Assembly (NCBI RefSeq): GCF_000143415.4
Contig: NW_003314311.1
Span: 1,409,133-1,473,132, forward strand
Direction: 5' to 3'
DNA: 64,000 bases
Origin: Selaginella moellendorffii
Lineage: Eukaryota > Plantae > Lycopodiophyta
Part shown: piece by piece, positions 35,301-47,015 of the stretch
How positions within the stretch are numbered: the stretch's first letter is position 1
Layout: the number at the start of each line of letters is the position of its first letter
Position numbers and translations under genes: made by a program
The notes under the pieces: model-generated
Told to the model about the DNA's origin: nothing
Database searches by the model: none
The model's input: only the letters and a program-made list of their open reading frames with translations

Positions 35301-36431
35301 TCGGGTATCGAAAGTTACCTGTCAGCCAATCCTTACGGACACTCTTTCCTTATTGCCACAATGGCAGGAGATTGGTATTGCTAGTTCCCTTTATCAGCCC
35401 CTTTTGTTCAAGTGTTAGTAAACTAGGCTTAACATCTGTACTTAGCCAAATAGACATAAGGTAGGAATTCCTATGTGTTTCTAGCTGAGCATACTCGGCC
35501 TAGCTCTTAGTTCTCTTTTGCTCTGTCTTGCACTGACTTAACAAGAACCCTCATGTATTGAGATTAGTCCCTCAATATCGTTAGATGATACCTTACCGTG
35601 TCTGCCAAACACCCTCGCTATCATGCCCTTTGTGTTAGTCTCATTTCGGTCCTAAATGCTATTTATGGAAAGCATTTAGATTTGCTTATTTGGCATATCT
35701 ACGGAATGTAGAGATTGTCTTGAACATAATGGTGTTTATCATATGTCCAAATTCACAATGTAGTGCTATTCCATATTTAGTAAGTTTTGAGCTTGTCCCA
35801 GAGACTAAGTCTTGATACTAAGAGAGGTTTGGGGTGAAAGCCCAAAGCGTGTGTTCCTCAAGGGCAGGGGGGGGGGATGTGGAGGGTTCCAAATGTATAG
35901 TAGGGATAGTGGGTAGGTTAGGCATGGCAGGCTAGCTTAAGGCATAGTCTAGCTCCCACTTGTGTGCTTATCCTTGTTCTGCGTCCGGCTTGGGTCTAAG
36001 CCCAATCTCCACACCATGCTAGCTGGTGGAGTACCCATGTCCTCACGTTAGGCCACCGGTATGCTGAAATAGCGCCAGACTCCGTTTGGCTCCATTTTGC
36101 GTGCTGGTCCTGGCATTGGGATATTGGTTGCTCTAGGACTATTCCAAGTCACTCCGGGCTCCTGTCCCTTCACTCCTTGGGCTGTATGCTTAGGAGTTGC
36201 TCCGTGGTCCGGTTCCATCACTCCTTGGCTCCATGCTTGGGGGTTTAGCACCGTTCCTTCGTTCAGTAGCCCAAGGCTTTGAAACTCAGGTTCCACACCA
36301 CTGTCCTATGGACACGTGGCATGTGACACATGGCATTTGTCATGTGGCACAAAGAGGGTTAGGTTCTGCTTCGTGGTGTTATCCTATGGTAAATCACCAT
36401 AGGATAAAAGGAAAAAACCATGTGTGCTACA
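29313..36431 (+). mobile_element. Full-length non-coding LTR retrotransposon, family A (probably copia-derived), TSD GAGAA
   Basis: 5' LTR 29313-30181, PBS TGGTATCAGAG (tRNA-iMet) ~30184, PPT ~35273-35284, 3' LTR 35285-36431. GAGAA at 29308-29312 and 36432-36436. No long ORF inside. Confidence 0.93.
32087..32270 (-). mobile_element. Cassandra-like TRIM solo LTR with 5S rRNA-derived segment (32104-32159), TSD CTTAA
   Basis: Termini TGTAAGC...GCTTACA; CTTAA at 32082-32086 and 32271-32275. Minus strand GTTAAGCATCCTTGGGTTTGAATAGTACTGGGCTGGGTGACCTCCCGGGAAGT matches the plant 5S A-box/IE/C-box region. The insertion is absent from the paralogous site at ~63965-63975. Confidence 0.88.
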
Positions 36432-37106
36432 GAGAACCACCTGAGGTGGTCAAATGAGTCTCTATGTTAGAGACACTATGCTCCTTAAAGGTTGGACAAG
36501 GCATGGTGAGCTTTCAGTGTTAAACCATTGATAAATATTGGCTAGGTGCCAAGGATGGAAAAAGTAATACATGCTGGTATTACTTTATAAAATGGTTTAT
36601 TGTTCGATGAGGACATTGAACTTTGTCTATGGGTGGTGGAGTTGTGAGACACAAATCTCTAAGCCCCAAAGTGGAGCCAAAAGGGTGCTATATAGTAGTG
36701 GCTGAAGTGAAAGCCAAACGAGAGTAACACGTTTGGACTAAAAGCTTCGACTTGAAAGGTCGAGAGCGGGAGTGGGACTCCTAAAAGAGTGTTCAAGGAA
36801 TGAGCATGAAGCGAGCAATAAGAGAGTCCGAAATGGAGTCCGAGATGGACCGAATGAGGGAAAGGAGAAGGAGCAGTCCTCTAGTGTAGTGACTAAGGAT
36901 ACGGTCACATGGTGAGGAAGTCCTAGAGGACAATGGGACTTAGTGGCCGGGCCTGTGGGCCTAGTTCAAATCAATTTACAATTTTTATATTATTACTAAA
37001 GGCTGAATAGTTATGAGATTATCTTTGAGTAATAATAGAAAAATAAACACTATATATTGGAAAATAAGTCTCAATACTTTTAACTTTATGATTACAATTA
37101 AACTTA

Positions 37107-38027
37107 TTATTTATAACATATTGTTTTACTTGACCACATTTGAATAGAAGGTTTATCATCTTTATATAAAATTACATTACAATCTAATTGTAGAATAAGC
37201 ATTGATGGGCTTACACAATTAAATTTCTTACAATAAGTTCCAGTTGCATATAATGGTTTCAAATCAAATGCTGAATATAAAACAAAATTTCCATCTTCTT
37301 GCAATCTGAATTTACAATCAAAACTTTCTCCATATGTTTTAGTATTCCATAAAACTATATTTTTGTAATATAAAACACTATTACAATCTTGTTGTACTAA
37401 AAACACATATGCTTTATAAAGATGTACTAAAAATTCACCAGCATTAAGTGTGGCAATAAACAAACCTTTATATCCACTAAATAATCTATTTTGTAAGAAA
37501 TTACAAAATTTATATGGAATTGAAAGTGCATTAATATTATAACGAGGAGTTATTCTAATAGTATATCCACGGATTTGATATAATATTAAAAAAATACCAA
37601 TATCATGTTGAACAATAATACTCATAAAATATGATGCTCTTGCATTTTGGATAGAAGCATAAGTTTGTCTAGCAACTCTTAACAGTACATCTCTAGTATT
37701 ATCATTGTTAATCTGACGAATACCATTATTGTCTAATGGACAATTTATACTAGCAGATATAATAACAAATAATATATCTATTGTTAATGTTGTACCTTCT
37801 ACAATGTCTCCAATAATGAATGTATGAAATGCAGAATGCTCTGGTGTAGTTCCACCTGAAGGTAATGATTCAGTTATGAAATGAAAAAAAGAAGTAATTA
37901 TCATATTCATATTTATTTGCTTTGGCATTGCTCCATTATTTCCATAATTGTCATAATGAAACTCCTTCTGAGAATAAGCTACATAAATATATGAGTAAAG
38001 AACTATAACAATATATATATATTTCAT
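37107..38027 (-). CDS. Secreted bulb-type lectin domain protein, 306 aa, copy 2
   Basis: Same length as copy 1 with about 27 amino-acid differences (manual count). The three QxDxN sites are retained. Confidence 0.85.
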   Translation of the reverse strand: MKYIYIVIVLYSYIYVAYSQKEFHYDNYGNNGAMPKQINMNMIITSFFHFITESLPSGGTTPEHSAFHTFIIGDIVEGTTLTIDILFVIISASINCPLDNNGIRQINNDNTRDVLLRVARQTYASIQNARASYFMSIIVQHDIGIFLILYQIRGYTIRITPRYNINALSIPYKFCNFLQNRLFSGYKGLFIATLNAGEFLVHLYKAYVFLVQQDCNSVLYYKNIVLWNTKTYGESFDCKFRLQEDGNFVLYSAFDLKPLYATGTYCKKFNCVSPSMLILQLDCNVILYKDDKPSIQMWSSKTICYK

Positions 38028-38163
38028 GAGGAAAAATTGTGTGAATGTTTTAGTGCTAAACTAAAGATTAAACTCTAAATATTTATAATTATAGTTTATA
38101 CTTATGTTTTCATAATTTTGGTCTGATTTACTTAAATAAATAAATTGATGCTATATATAATAT

Positions 38164-38498
38164 NNNNNNNNNNNNNNNNNNNNNNNNNNNNNNNNNNNNN
38201 NNNNNNNNNNNNNNNNNNNNNNNNNNNNNNNNNNNNNNNNNNNNNNNNNNNNNNNNNNNNNNNNNNNNNNNNNNNNNNNNNNNNNNNNNNNNNNNNNNNN
38301 NNNNNNNNNNNNNNNNNNNNNNNNNNNNNNNNNNNNNNNNNNNNNNNNNNNNNNNNNNNNNNNNNNNNNNNNNNNNNNNNNNNNNNNNNNNNNNNNNNNN
38401 NNNNNNNNNNNNNNNNNNNNNNNNNNNNNNNNNNNNNNNNNNNNNNNNNNNNNNNNNNNNNNNNNNNNNNNNNNNNNNNNNNNNNNNNNNNNNNNNNN
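38164..38498. other. Assembly gap (N run)
   Basis: Run of N. Confidence 1.
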
Positions 38499-39703
38499 AT
38501 TTGTTTGTATTGTATATTGGTATATTGTATATTGTATTATATATTTATTATTATAAATTAATATTTGTTTTGTAGAGCCATATTTATGTCATAAAGTATT
38601 AATATTATAAATTTAGAATTATAATTAAAATTTGGTTTGTAGAGCCACATTTATGTCATAAAAGTTCTCAGTGTTAGAAAAAATTCCCTCTCCATCTGTC
38701 TCTTTTATTTTGTTCATGGATTTAGGCTATAGTTATGACAATGACAGACATCACACTAATGATCCCAAAAGTTAGTTGTATCTTCTATTGATGCAATTCA
38801 TCCATAACAATAGCCAACATATGAAATCAAGCTCAGTCCTTAAAGTTAAAGTAAATATTCTTAAAAATTAAGAACCACTGGATTGGATAAAAAATAATAA
38901 CCCTTATGCATCCTAAAACAAGATTAAAGTTACAATTGCATTTAAGCGAGGATGTTCAACACAAGTTTGATTTAGAGATAACTGATCAAGTATAGAACTT
39001 AATAAGATTCTAATGGTATATACACTGAATTTGCAGATGGCTTAAGACAAAACAAAGAAGTTTGCCAATGAGCATTATCAATTCTGGAAATAAAAAGTGG
39101 AAGATTTCATCTTTGTGTGAACAATATTTCCATCGAGTGAGTAGTAGAACACTTTAATGCTTTTGTAGTGTGGTAAAAGTGATAACTTTTTTATAGATAT
39201 GTTACTCCATATTAAGTGTTATAGTGCATTGATAAGATGGCTTATTCGATACAATAGCCAATTGAAGTGAAAACTCATCAAATGTTTTATATTAGGTAGT
39301 TAAAATGTAGAGTGAAGAACCTAATGATTCCTTGATATACACAACTATAGATGATGCATCAAGAGCTTAAATATGGTTCTCTAGAAAGGTTGATCATTTA
39401 TATAACTTGTCCTTAGGGACAATAACTTTGTTGTTGGGGTTGGGATTGGAGTTGGAGGGAAGGAATTGTTAAGTGTTAGCTAATTAACAAGTCAAGAGTC
39501 ATCTCACCTTAAGGGCTTATAATGGCCTTTGGGTGGTTAAGTGGTAAGGAACTTATTTCTCTAAGATTGTGCCATCCATTTATAAATGGTCATTTTTTAA
39601 CAACACTTTAGCATCCTTAGAATGCATCAAAATATGGGGAACACCATCCCCAAATGTTCCTTCTTTGGTCCTTATCAAGTCTCTTTTTGTCCATGGTAGT
39701 GCT

Positions 39704-39803
39704 NNNNNNNNNNNNNNNNNNNNNNNNNNNNNNNNNNNNNNNNNNNNNNNNNNNNNNNNNNNNNNNNNNNNNNNNNNNNNNNNNNNNNNNNNNNNNNNNN
39801 NNN
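39704..39803. other. Assembly gap (100 N)
   Basis: Run of N. Confidence 1.
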
Positions 39804-40109
39804 CTAGAGTGAGATTTTGATAAGCCATATAAGGTATCTAAGTAGGTATTGCCACACACTTGGATTGGGAGTATTAATAACTTGATCTCTTGGGGGAGCT
39901 AAAGTTAACTCTTGAACACTTCACTAAATCATCCCACTTATCCATCCATGTTCACTTTAGCCTTGGACTGACTAATTGTTATATCATCACCCACTACATA
40001 AGCATAGCCTTCCTAGGTCAAACTAGCCTTTCTTAGCCTATTGGTTCTACTGGAGTCTTTTCCTTACTACCCAATAGGGTCTAGGAAAACAATCACTTTA
40101 TGCTTTCAC

Positions 40110-40320
40110 TCTCGGACTTGGACTTGGACTTAGACTTGGATTTGTTCTTAGTCTTGGTCTCAGTCTTAGTCTCAATGTTAGACTCCATCTCAAACTCAGT
40201 CTTGGACTCTATTTTGGATTTGATCTCGAACTCAGTTTCAAACTTCATATAAAACTTGGTCTTGGACTTGGTCTCCTCGGTTTTGGACTTGGTTTCAAAT
40301 TTGATCTCGGACTCAATCTT
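40110..40320. repeat. Decayed hexamer repeat (GACTTG/GTCTTG/ATCTCG)n
   Basis: Same periodicity as 28518-28790, with CG changed to TG/CA. Confidence 0.75.
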
Positions 40321-42590
40321 GAGGGGATGGTTTAAAGTTGTGTTGAGCTCATACGTTGAGCTCAATTCAGCACAAGTCAACTCAAGTGAACATGGTCAAG
40401 TAGAAGTCTTACAAAGGAAATCTAAATTGAACAAATAAAGGTTCTAGTGAACTTTAAAATATTGAAATATATAAATATTTGAGATAAAAGTTTCTATAAT
40501 ATTGAGTTGTTTAAAAAAGATAAAGTTTATGAGAACCTATCTTTTTTAAAGCTATATTATTTTACTATAACTATTTTTATAGTTGTCATATTTTGATTTG
40601 ACTACTTAATATTTTGAATACTATTACAGCTATTCCTTCATTCAAAAGATGTTTTTAGGGTTCTTGAGAAGATGGGAAGTAAGGAAAATAAAATATCTAT
40701 GATTAAGAGTTGTAATGCAAAGGAATGTGAGAATGTTAACATTTCACTACCATAATCTTTATATTACACTTTTGGTCCTCATTACCCATTTGGGAATGTA
40801 AAAATCATTATCATGATTGATAAAAATGCTTTTGTTACTTCTGAAATAACAATCTAGAGTAAAAGAAATGAAGAAATGAACAGCACGGTGGAAAAGCACT
40901 AAGAAATCTACTTCCATGACATTTAAAATTTACATATTAATTTATATCAAAAACTCTATTGCCTGCCTATATTGCAGTCCTCCCATATGAAAAGATTAAG
41001 GTATATTTTTGCAATGAATCCTCAATAAGAGTTTTTGGGAGTTTTTTGTGAATAATAATAAAAGAAATCAAAATCTTTTGAAAGACTCACATTAAAGAAT
41101 CAACTTTATCTACATTTCCAAGAATAAAAGGCAATCTCATATGAGAGAATAGCAGCATGCCAATGTGCCTTGCCACTATAATGTGGTCTATATTTGTCTG
41201 CAATCTATTCCCTAGAGATTTAGCATGTGTAGAAAAGAATATATGTGTAGAAAAATAAGATTTCATAAGAATGATAGAGCATGTGTATACATGATAATCT
41301 AGAATTCTATAAGCTCTTATGTTTATAAGTAAACTATGATTATAAAGCCCCATTTCTAAGACTGATTATTCAAGAATTTTATTAATGTCATAATAAATAA
41401 ACCTCATTCCCAAGACTAAAACTTAGTATATAAACTATGTAGAAAAGTTATAGTCATTGTAGTTTTTTTGTTCTCCTTGATATCAACTTCCACCTTCATC
41501 CCCAAATTCTACCATCACTCCACCTTCACCTCCATATAACAATTTTCGTTCTGCTAAGAGCTCTAATGAAGTTGAACTAGAGCTCCCTATATATGAAATT
41601 CTAGATCATACTACTAGAGAGGGATTGCCTCCAGCAAGCTCCTTGGAAGTCTATATTGAAATGGCTCGAAGGAAAGTCATTACTACTTGTACTTGGGCCC
41701 CCAACATTTTTCAAGAGCAATGCCATATGTTTTTGCAAGATCTTGCTTCTGACATGGCAAGACTACTTGAAAGCATAGAACACTGTTACATTCGGTGTTC
41801 AATATGCTACTTTTTTTTGGACAAAACAAATGGCTATATAGGTTTACAAATTTTTCTTAAACACTATAGCAATTGCTCAACAACAGGTCTAGAAAATGTG
41901 CATATGTAGATGTATAATAAATTCAAGAATGAGTTACAAACACATACCCACTATTGCTTCATGGTGAGGAACAACATCCCTTTGGGAAACACTACATTGA
42001 CTAATGCAAAATATGGGGTTTTTAGGCCACCCTACAGTGGAATATAAGATGTAAGATTACTTTACTATACTATAGTATTGTCACTTTTAAAAGAAAAATA
42101 TAATAAAATGATATTAGTTAAAGGTAACTTACTTTGTTCTAGAAGGTGCTATCATTTCATATAAATTTGTTTACAAGATGTTGAAGGAGGAGATGGCAAC
42201 ACACAAGCGCTACAAAGTGATAGTGACATATGAGAATGATAATTTGCAATTATGATATCTGACACTGATATTGTCACTGACATCTGACACTTTTAGAGAC
42301 ATTTGACATATAACAAGCTTCTCATTTCATATAAGGATGCAATTAACTTTCTTCTACCTCATCATCAATATATTGATTTCTTTTATGTTTCCTTCTATAT
42401 TGGTATTGTGGGGAAGATTCACCTTGCATTTGTTGAGCTATGGCTTCTGTATAATCAAGGAGACTTCCAAAGCCTTCAATTCTAGAAACTTCATGTGACT
42501 GTGATCTATAAAACAGAACTAAACATGTATTGAAATCTTAATAAACATAATTTATCTCGATGTTGGAGGCAACTCACAAAATCCTTTGAG

Positions 42591-43870
42591 CTAGCATTTA
42601 AAGAAATGATGTTCTTCAATAGCAAACACCAACCTACCAAAGTTATATACTACTTCCACCATAAAAGTACTACCTATTGTGCAATCAATCACAATACCAT
42701 CTAGTGGGCAATAAAGCTTAAGAAAAACTTGCATCGCTGATGGAGTTTGAAATTGGTACCCTGGAAATGTGTTGTGGATATGCTCATCGACAAGGTTGGG
42801 AACCATAATGTTAGTGAAATTGTCATACCCAGGAAAAAGTCGTGCTGCACATTTGCTATCATGAAACCCATCATGTGTGTTTCTGCAGAAGGCATGGTAG
42901 GTCCACATCATAACCTAAAAAATAAGAAAGTTTAGAAATTAGATAAAAATATAAAATATGTACTCACCTTTTCAAGCTTCCCTTGGACGCCCCTAGTATC
43001 GACGCTAATAGGATCCATGATGCACCCGAAAAAGAATGACTTGAAATGAACTTCTGCTACACACATCATAAGCTTATACATTCAGTTGAGGTCGTTCAGT
43101 AGAATGAAAATAACATGGCTAGCTTTGAGCATAAGTGTTTTAGACAAGAGGAATGTATTGCGCATATGGTCAGGTGTGAAAAAGTTCTAATCCTCAACTT
43201 TTCCATTAATATCTAAAAGACCATCTGGAAAGTCGAAGAGAATGAAGTCTGCAACTAGGAGCAAAGGCCTTTGTATCTTTCGGCACCAATGATTGAACTA
43301 ACACTATATATCCATGTTTATATTGTCTTCCATGAAAGATGTTAGCAATCTATTGTAAGAGCCAATGAAGACACCCACAATGCCTCGTTGTGTTATTGGG
43401 GAAATAAGACAAACTTATAAAAGAGCTAAGTGAATGAAAAAAGCAATGAATAATATGCTACTATCATATGGCATATTGTCAATGAGAGTTTCTCCAACTC
43501 CTCTTTCACGAGCATCTCGTCGAGCTAGAATGAAATTACTATTAATAGTCATTGCTGCAAAAAACATTACCACCTTTAGTTTGTAAAATTCACTTTGGCT
43601 TACCTTGAGGTCGACGTGATATTCTGTGAACCACTTGATCATCATTATTTATTGGTGGAACATTATCTAGATCTTGGCTATTTGATGGTTGAAATCAAGT
43701 AAATGCAAAACAAGTTTGAAAGAGTAAGAAAGGAATCGCTTGCCTATTCGCTGAAGTAGAGTTGTTGAAGATTTCTAGATGATCCCTACTCCACTGAAGA
43801 CCCCCAGCTAAAAACAAAAACCATGGGCAGTGTGAAAGTTTAATAGAGAGAATGCCAAACTGTGTGATCC
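42591..43870 (-). pseudogene. Decayed beta-class DNA amino-(N6A/N4C)-methyltransferase-like gene
   Basis: Minus strand ~43222-43253 translates ADFILFDFPDG (DPPY-like motif IV context). Downstream, QTPSAMQVFLKLYCPLDGIVIDCTIGSTFMVEVVYNFGRLVFAIE resembles the motif X-I-II end of N6_N4_Mtase. There is a putative intron ~42914-42968, plus stops and frameshifts. Confidence 0.55.
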
Positions 43871-44520
43871 ATTGTGCTGTTTGCTTTGGTTTGCTAACCA
43901 AAGTTGTTTGTATTGTATATTGGTTTCCACGTATACATAAATATTAATATTATATATTTAGAATTATAAACTGATATTCGGTTTGTAGAGCCATATTTAT
44001 GTCATAAAAGTTCTTAGTGTTAGGAAAATTTCCCTCTCAATCTGTCTCTTTCAATTTGTTCATGGATTTAGGCTATAGTTGTGACAGTAACAGATATCAT
44101 ACTATGTATCTTCTATTGATGCAATTCATAATAGCCAACATATGAAATCAAGCTCAGTCTTTAATTTGTCATGTTTGGAATGCATCCTAAAACAATATTA
44201 GAGTTAGGATTGCATTTGAGCAAGGATGTTCAACACAAGTTTGATTTAAAGATAACTAATCAATTATAGAAGTTAATAAGATTTGAATGGTGTACACATT
44301 GAATTTATATATGGCTTAAGACAAGGCAAAGAAGTTTGCCAATAAGCATTATCAATTCTGGAAATAGAAAGTGGGAGATCTCATCTTTATGTGAATAATC
44401 TTTCTATCGAGTGAGTAGTAAAACACTTTGATGCCTTTGCAAAAGTGATAAATTTTTTTATAGATATATTGCTCTATATTAAGTGTTATAGTGCATTGAT
44501 AAGATGGCTTATTGAATGCA
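43870..44520 (-). repeat. Third copy of the module that lies upstream of both lectin genes
   Basis: Matches 14660-15410 (reverse) and 38500-39255. Confidence 0.88.
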
Positions 44521-44814
44521 CAGAGGTATGATCTTCACTTTGTTCTTGCGCTTCTACTCACTTTGATGAAGCCAGTAGTTTGTAGACAAAAGTCTTTTTA
44601 TATCACAGAGGTATGATCTTTTACTTTGTTCACTCACTTTGATGAAGCAAGGACTATAGTTTGTAGACAAAAGTTTTCTTATATCACAGAGGTATGATTT
44701 CTTCTTTGTTCACTCACTTTGATGAAGCAAGGACTATAGTTTATAGACAAAAGTTTTCTTATGTCACAGAGGTATGATCTTTACTTTGTTCTTGCGCATC
44801 TACTCACTTTGATG
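44521..44814. repeat. About 80-85-bp tandem repeat x3.5 that includes the stop codon of the YCF37-like gene
   Basis: cagaggtatgat at 44521, 44606, 44687 and 44767; each unit carries actcactttgatg. Confidence 0.92.
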
Positions 44815-45337
44815 GCTGGCTGACCAATCCACGGACCACCGACGAAGCAATCGCGAGTGCCAGTAGCTCCGCCGCCACCACCGCCCCCGCCTGGACTGGC
44901 GGAGCGAAAATCGAGGAGGAATCCATGCTCGAGGCCGAGGCCGCGAGCGCCGCCTTGGCTTCCTCGGCCACCACCTTGGCTTCGCCGGCCACCACTTTGG
45001 CCTCGTTAGCCACCACCGCGGAGCTCTCCTTGACAATCTCTTTCACCTCCTTCTCCACTACCTGGACTTCCTCCTGGATGGCCTCCTTGACGGTCTTCCG
45101 GATTCCAAACAGGGGGATGTCTCTCGCCACCGCCGTCTCCGCGCGGAGGAAGGAGCCACCGGCGAGGATAGAGAGCGCAGCCGCGAGCCCAAATCCTCGG
45201 CGAGAGGATTTGGCTGGTGGAATTGCAGCGCTGCATCTGGATTGAGCTGCATTGCTTGGCCTACCTCGCCGTGACGATTGGATGTGAGGGGGATTCGCAG
45301 TGGACGAAGCGGCCGCGGCGCATGCCAAGCACGCCAT
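44804..45337 (-). CDS. Plastid thylakoid protein similar to the Arabidopsis 'YCF37 homolog', 177 aa
   Basis: Transit peptide with RR and AxA, then DIPLFGIRK, an acidic heptad region and C-terminal QAGAVVAAE...ASSVV.G helix. Intronless. Confidence 0.8.
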   Translation of the reverse strand: MACLACAAAASSTANPPHIQSSRRGRPSNAAQSRCSAAIPPAKSSRRGFGLAAALSILAGGSFLRAETAVARDIPLFGIRKTVKEAIQEEVQVVEKEVKEIVKESSAVVANEAKVVAGEAKVVAEEAKAALAASASSMDSSSIFAPPVQAGAVVAAELLALAIASSVVRGLVSQPSK

Positions 45338-45398
45338 AGCCACGAGAAAGCTTTTTTCTTTTCTTCTGGCGGGATGCCAAGCAAGCAAAATCCAGAAT

Positions 45399-47015
45399 AT
45401 GCCCTTCCGGATAAGAATATCCTCGCAGCGGGAGTTTTTGTTTAAATTCCACGCGAGGAGCGGGCGGATCGGCGAGGCGGAGGAGGCTTTCGATCGAGTG
45501 CCGCAGCGCAATGTTGCCGTGTGGAACATGATGATCCACGCGTGTGCTCAAAGCGATCAGCTCTTGGAGAGATCTTGGGAGGTTTTCCACCGGATGCCTC
45601 AACATGACACTGTGTCGTGGAACACGATGATCGCGGCTTTGTCCAAGGCTGGAAATGCGAGGGATGCCATCGCCCTCTTTGAGGGGATGTCTCAGCGCAG
45701 CGATTTGTCCTGGAATCTCGTCATCCAGACGTTTGCCTCCACTGGGAATTTGTCCAGTGCCAAGCTTGCGTTTGATTTGATGCCACAATGGTCAGTTGTG
45801 TCGTGGAACACTATTTTTCTTCTCTTTTCTTCTTCTTCTCAATCAGATAGGTTCTACGAATGTTTCTCTTCTATGCCGGAAAGAAACTCTATTACATGGA
45901 ACACTCTACTAACAGCGTATGCCAACATCGGGCATTTTGATCTATGCGTACAAGTCTTTCACAAGATGCCGTTTTGGTCCTTGGGTGCTTCGACTGCAAT
46001 GATCAAGTTGTATGGAGAATCATGTTTATTGGAAAGAGCAAAGTTACTGTTTGACAGAATCCCCGAGAAAGATATACCCTGCTGGACTGCAATCTTACAA
46101 GCATATGCCCTTCATGGGCATACCGACGTAGTAGAATCTCTGTTTCTTTTGATGCCGACCAAGGACGTCGTGGCCTGGGCTTGTCTGGTATCATCCTACG
46201 CACGCACACTAAACGTAGAGATCGCGTCTAAAATCTACCAAAAAACGCCGGCTTGGAACATCAGCTCTACCAATGCAGTTCTTTCAGTAAATGCCATGTC
46301 CGGGCATTTGGAGTATGCTAGATCTTTGTACGAGACAATGCCGCACAGGAGCGCGGCGTCTTGGGCGACGATGATCGAAGGCTACTTCCTCGCGAAAGAC
46401 TTCCACCGAGCTTGGCATTTGATCTCTTTGCTTCCAGCAAAGAACCTCTGCCTAGAGACCGTGATAATCTCCGGACACGCCAAGCAAGGCCACCTCCACG
46501 AATCCAAGCTCGTCTTCGATTCCATCCCCGAGAAGAACGTCCTCTCCTGGAACGCTGTCATCGCCGCCTTCTCCCACAGGGGAGCCCTGCTAAAGGCCAT
46601 GAACTTCTTCCAAGAGATGCTCCTTGAGGGAGTCGCTCCAATCGAGACCACCTTCACTGCCCTGCTCCACGGTTGCAGCCACGAAGGACGAATCGGCCAA
46701 GGCCAGGAGATCTTCTCTGCGATGATCCGAGCTCACGGCATCACCCCCCTCGTTGATCACTACAACTGCATGGTCGATGTTCTTGGGCGCTTGAAAAGAC
46801 TCGAGGAAGCCGAGGAGCTCGTCCGCTCTATGCCGGTTCCTCTGAGCTCGGTCACCTGGACCACGCTTCTCAGCGCTTGCCGGCTCCACGGAGATGCCGA
46901 AAGAGGCAGCCGAGTCGCGGAGATACTGCTCCAGCTGAACTCTTGGAGGCCGGCAACGTATTCCTTGCTCTCCAATGTCCTAAGCTGTGATAGCTCTCCG
47001 GTCGATCACCAGTAG
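45399..47015 (+). CDS. PLS-class PPR protein (S-motif rich, ends in E-like domain, no DYW)
   Basis: Repeated F..MP.+.VVSWN motifs; HYNCMVDVLGRL...WTTLLSACRLHGD...YSLLSN end. Confidence 0.9.
   Translation: MPFRIRISSQREFLFKFHARSGRIGEAEEAFDRVPQRNVAVWNMMIHACAQSDQLLERSWEVFHRMPQHDTVSWNTMIAALSKAGNARDAIALFEGMSQRSDLSWNLVIQTFASTGNLSSAKLAFDLMPQWSVVSWNTIFLLFSSSSQSDRFYECFSSMPERNSITWNTLLTAYANIGHFDLCVQVFHKMPFWSLGASTAMIKLYGESCLLERAKLLFDRIPEKDIPCWTAILQAYALHGHTDVVESLFLLMPTKDVVAWACLVSSYARTLNVEIASKIYQKTPAWNISSTNAVLSVNAMSGHLEYARSLYETMPHRSAASWATMIEGYFLAKDFHRAWHLISLLPAKNLCLETVIISGHAKQGHLHESKLVFDSIPEKNVLSWNAVIAAFSHRGALLKAMNFFQEMLLEGVAPIETTFTALLHGCSHEGRIGQGQEIFSAMIRAHGITPLVDHYNCMVDVLGRLKRLEEAEELVRSMPVPLSSVTWTTLLSACRLHGDAERGSRVAEILLQLNSWRPATYSLLSNVLSCDSSPVDHQ

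Larger units (their letters stand above)
36976..40010 (-). repeat. Inverted segmental duplicate of ~12715-16808 (lectin gene and flanks)
   Basis: Colinear reverse-complement match on both sides of the lectin ORF and across the two gaps. Confidence 0.9.

Noticed and set aside
38145-39859. ORFs containing X runs
   Set aside because: Artefacts of assembly gaps.
45300-45529. Overlapping N-terminal extensions of the PPR (45300) and YCF37-like (45529) ORFs
   Set aside because: 45300 is a GTG start and each extension is antisense to the other gene; ATGs at 45399 and 45337 fit better.
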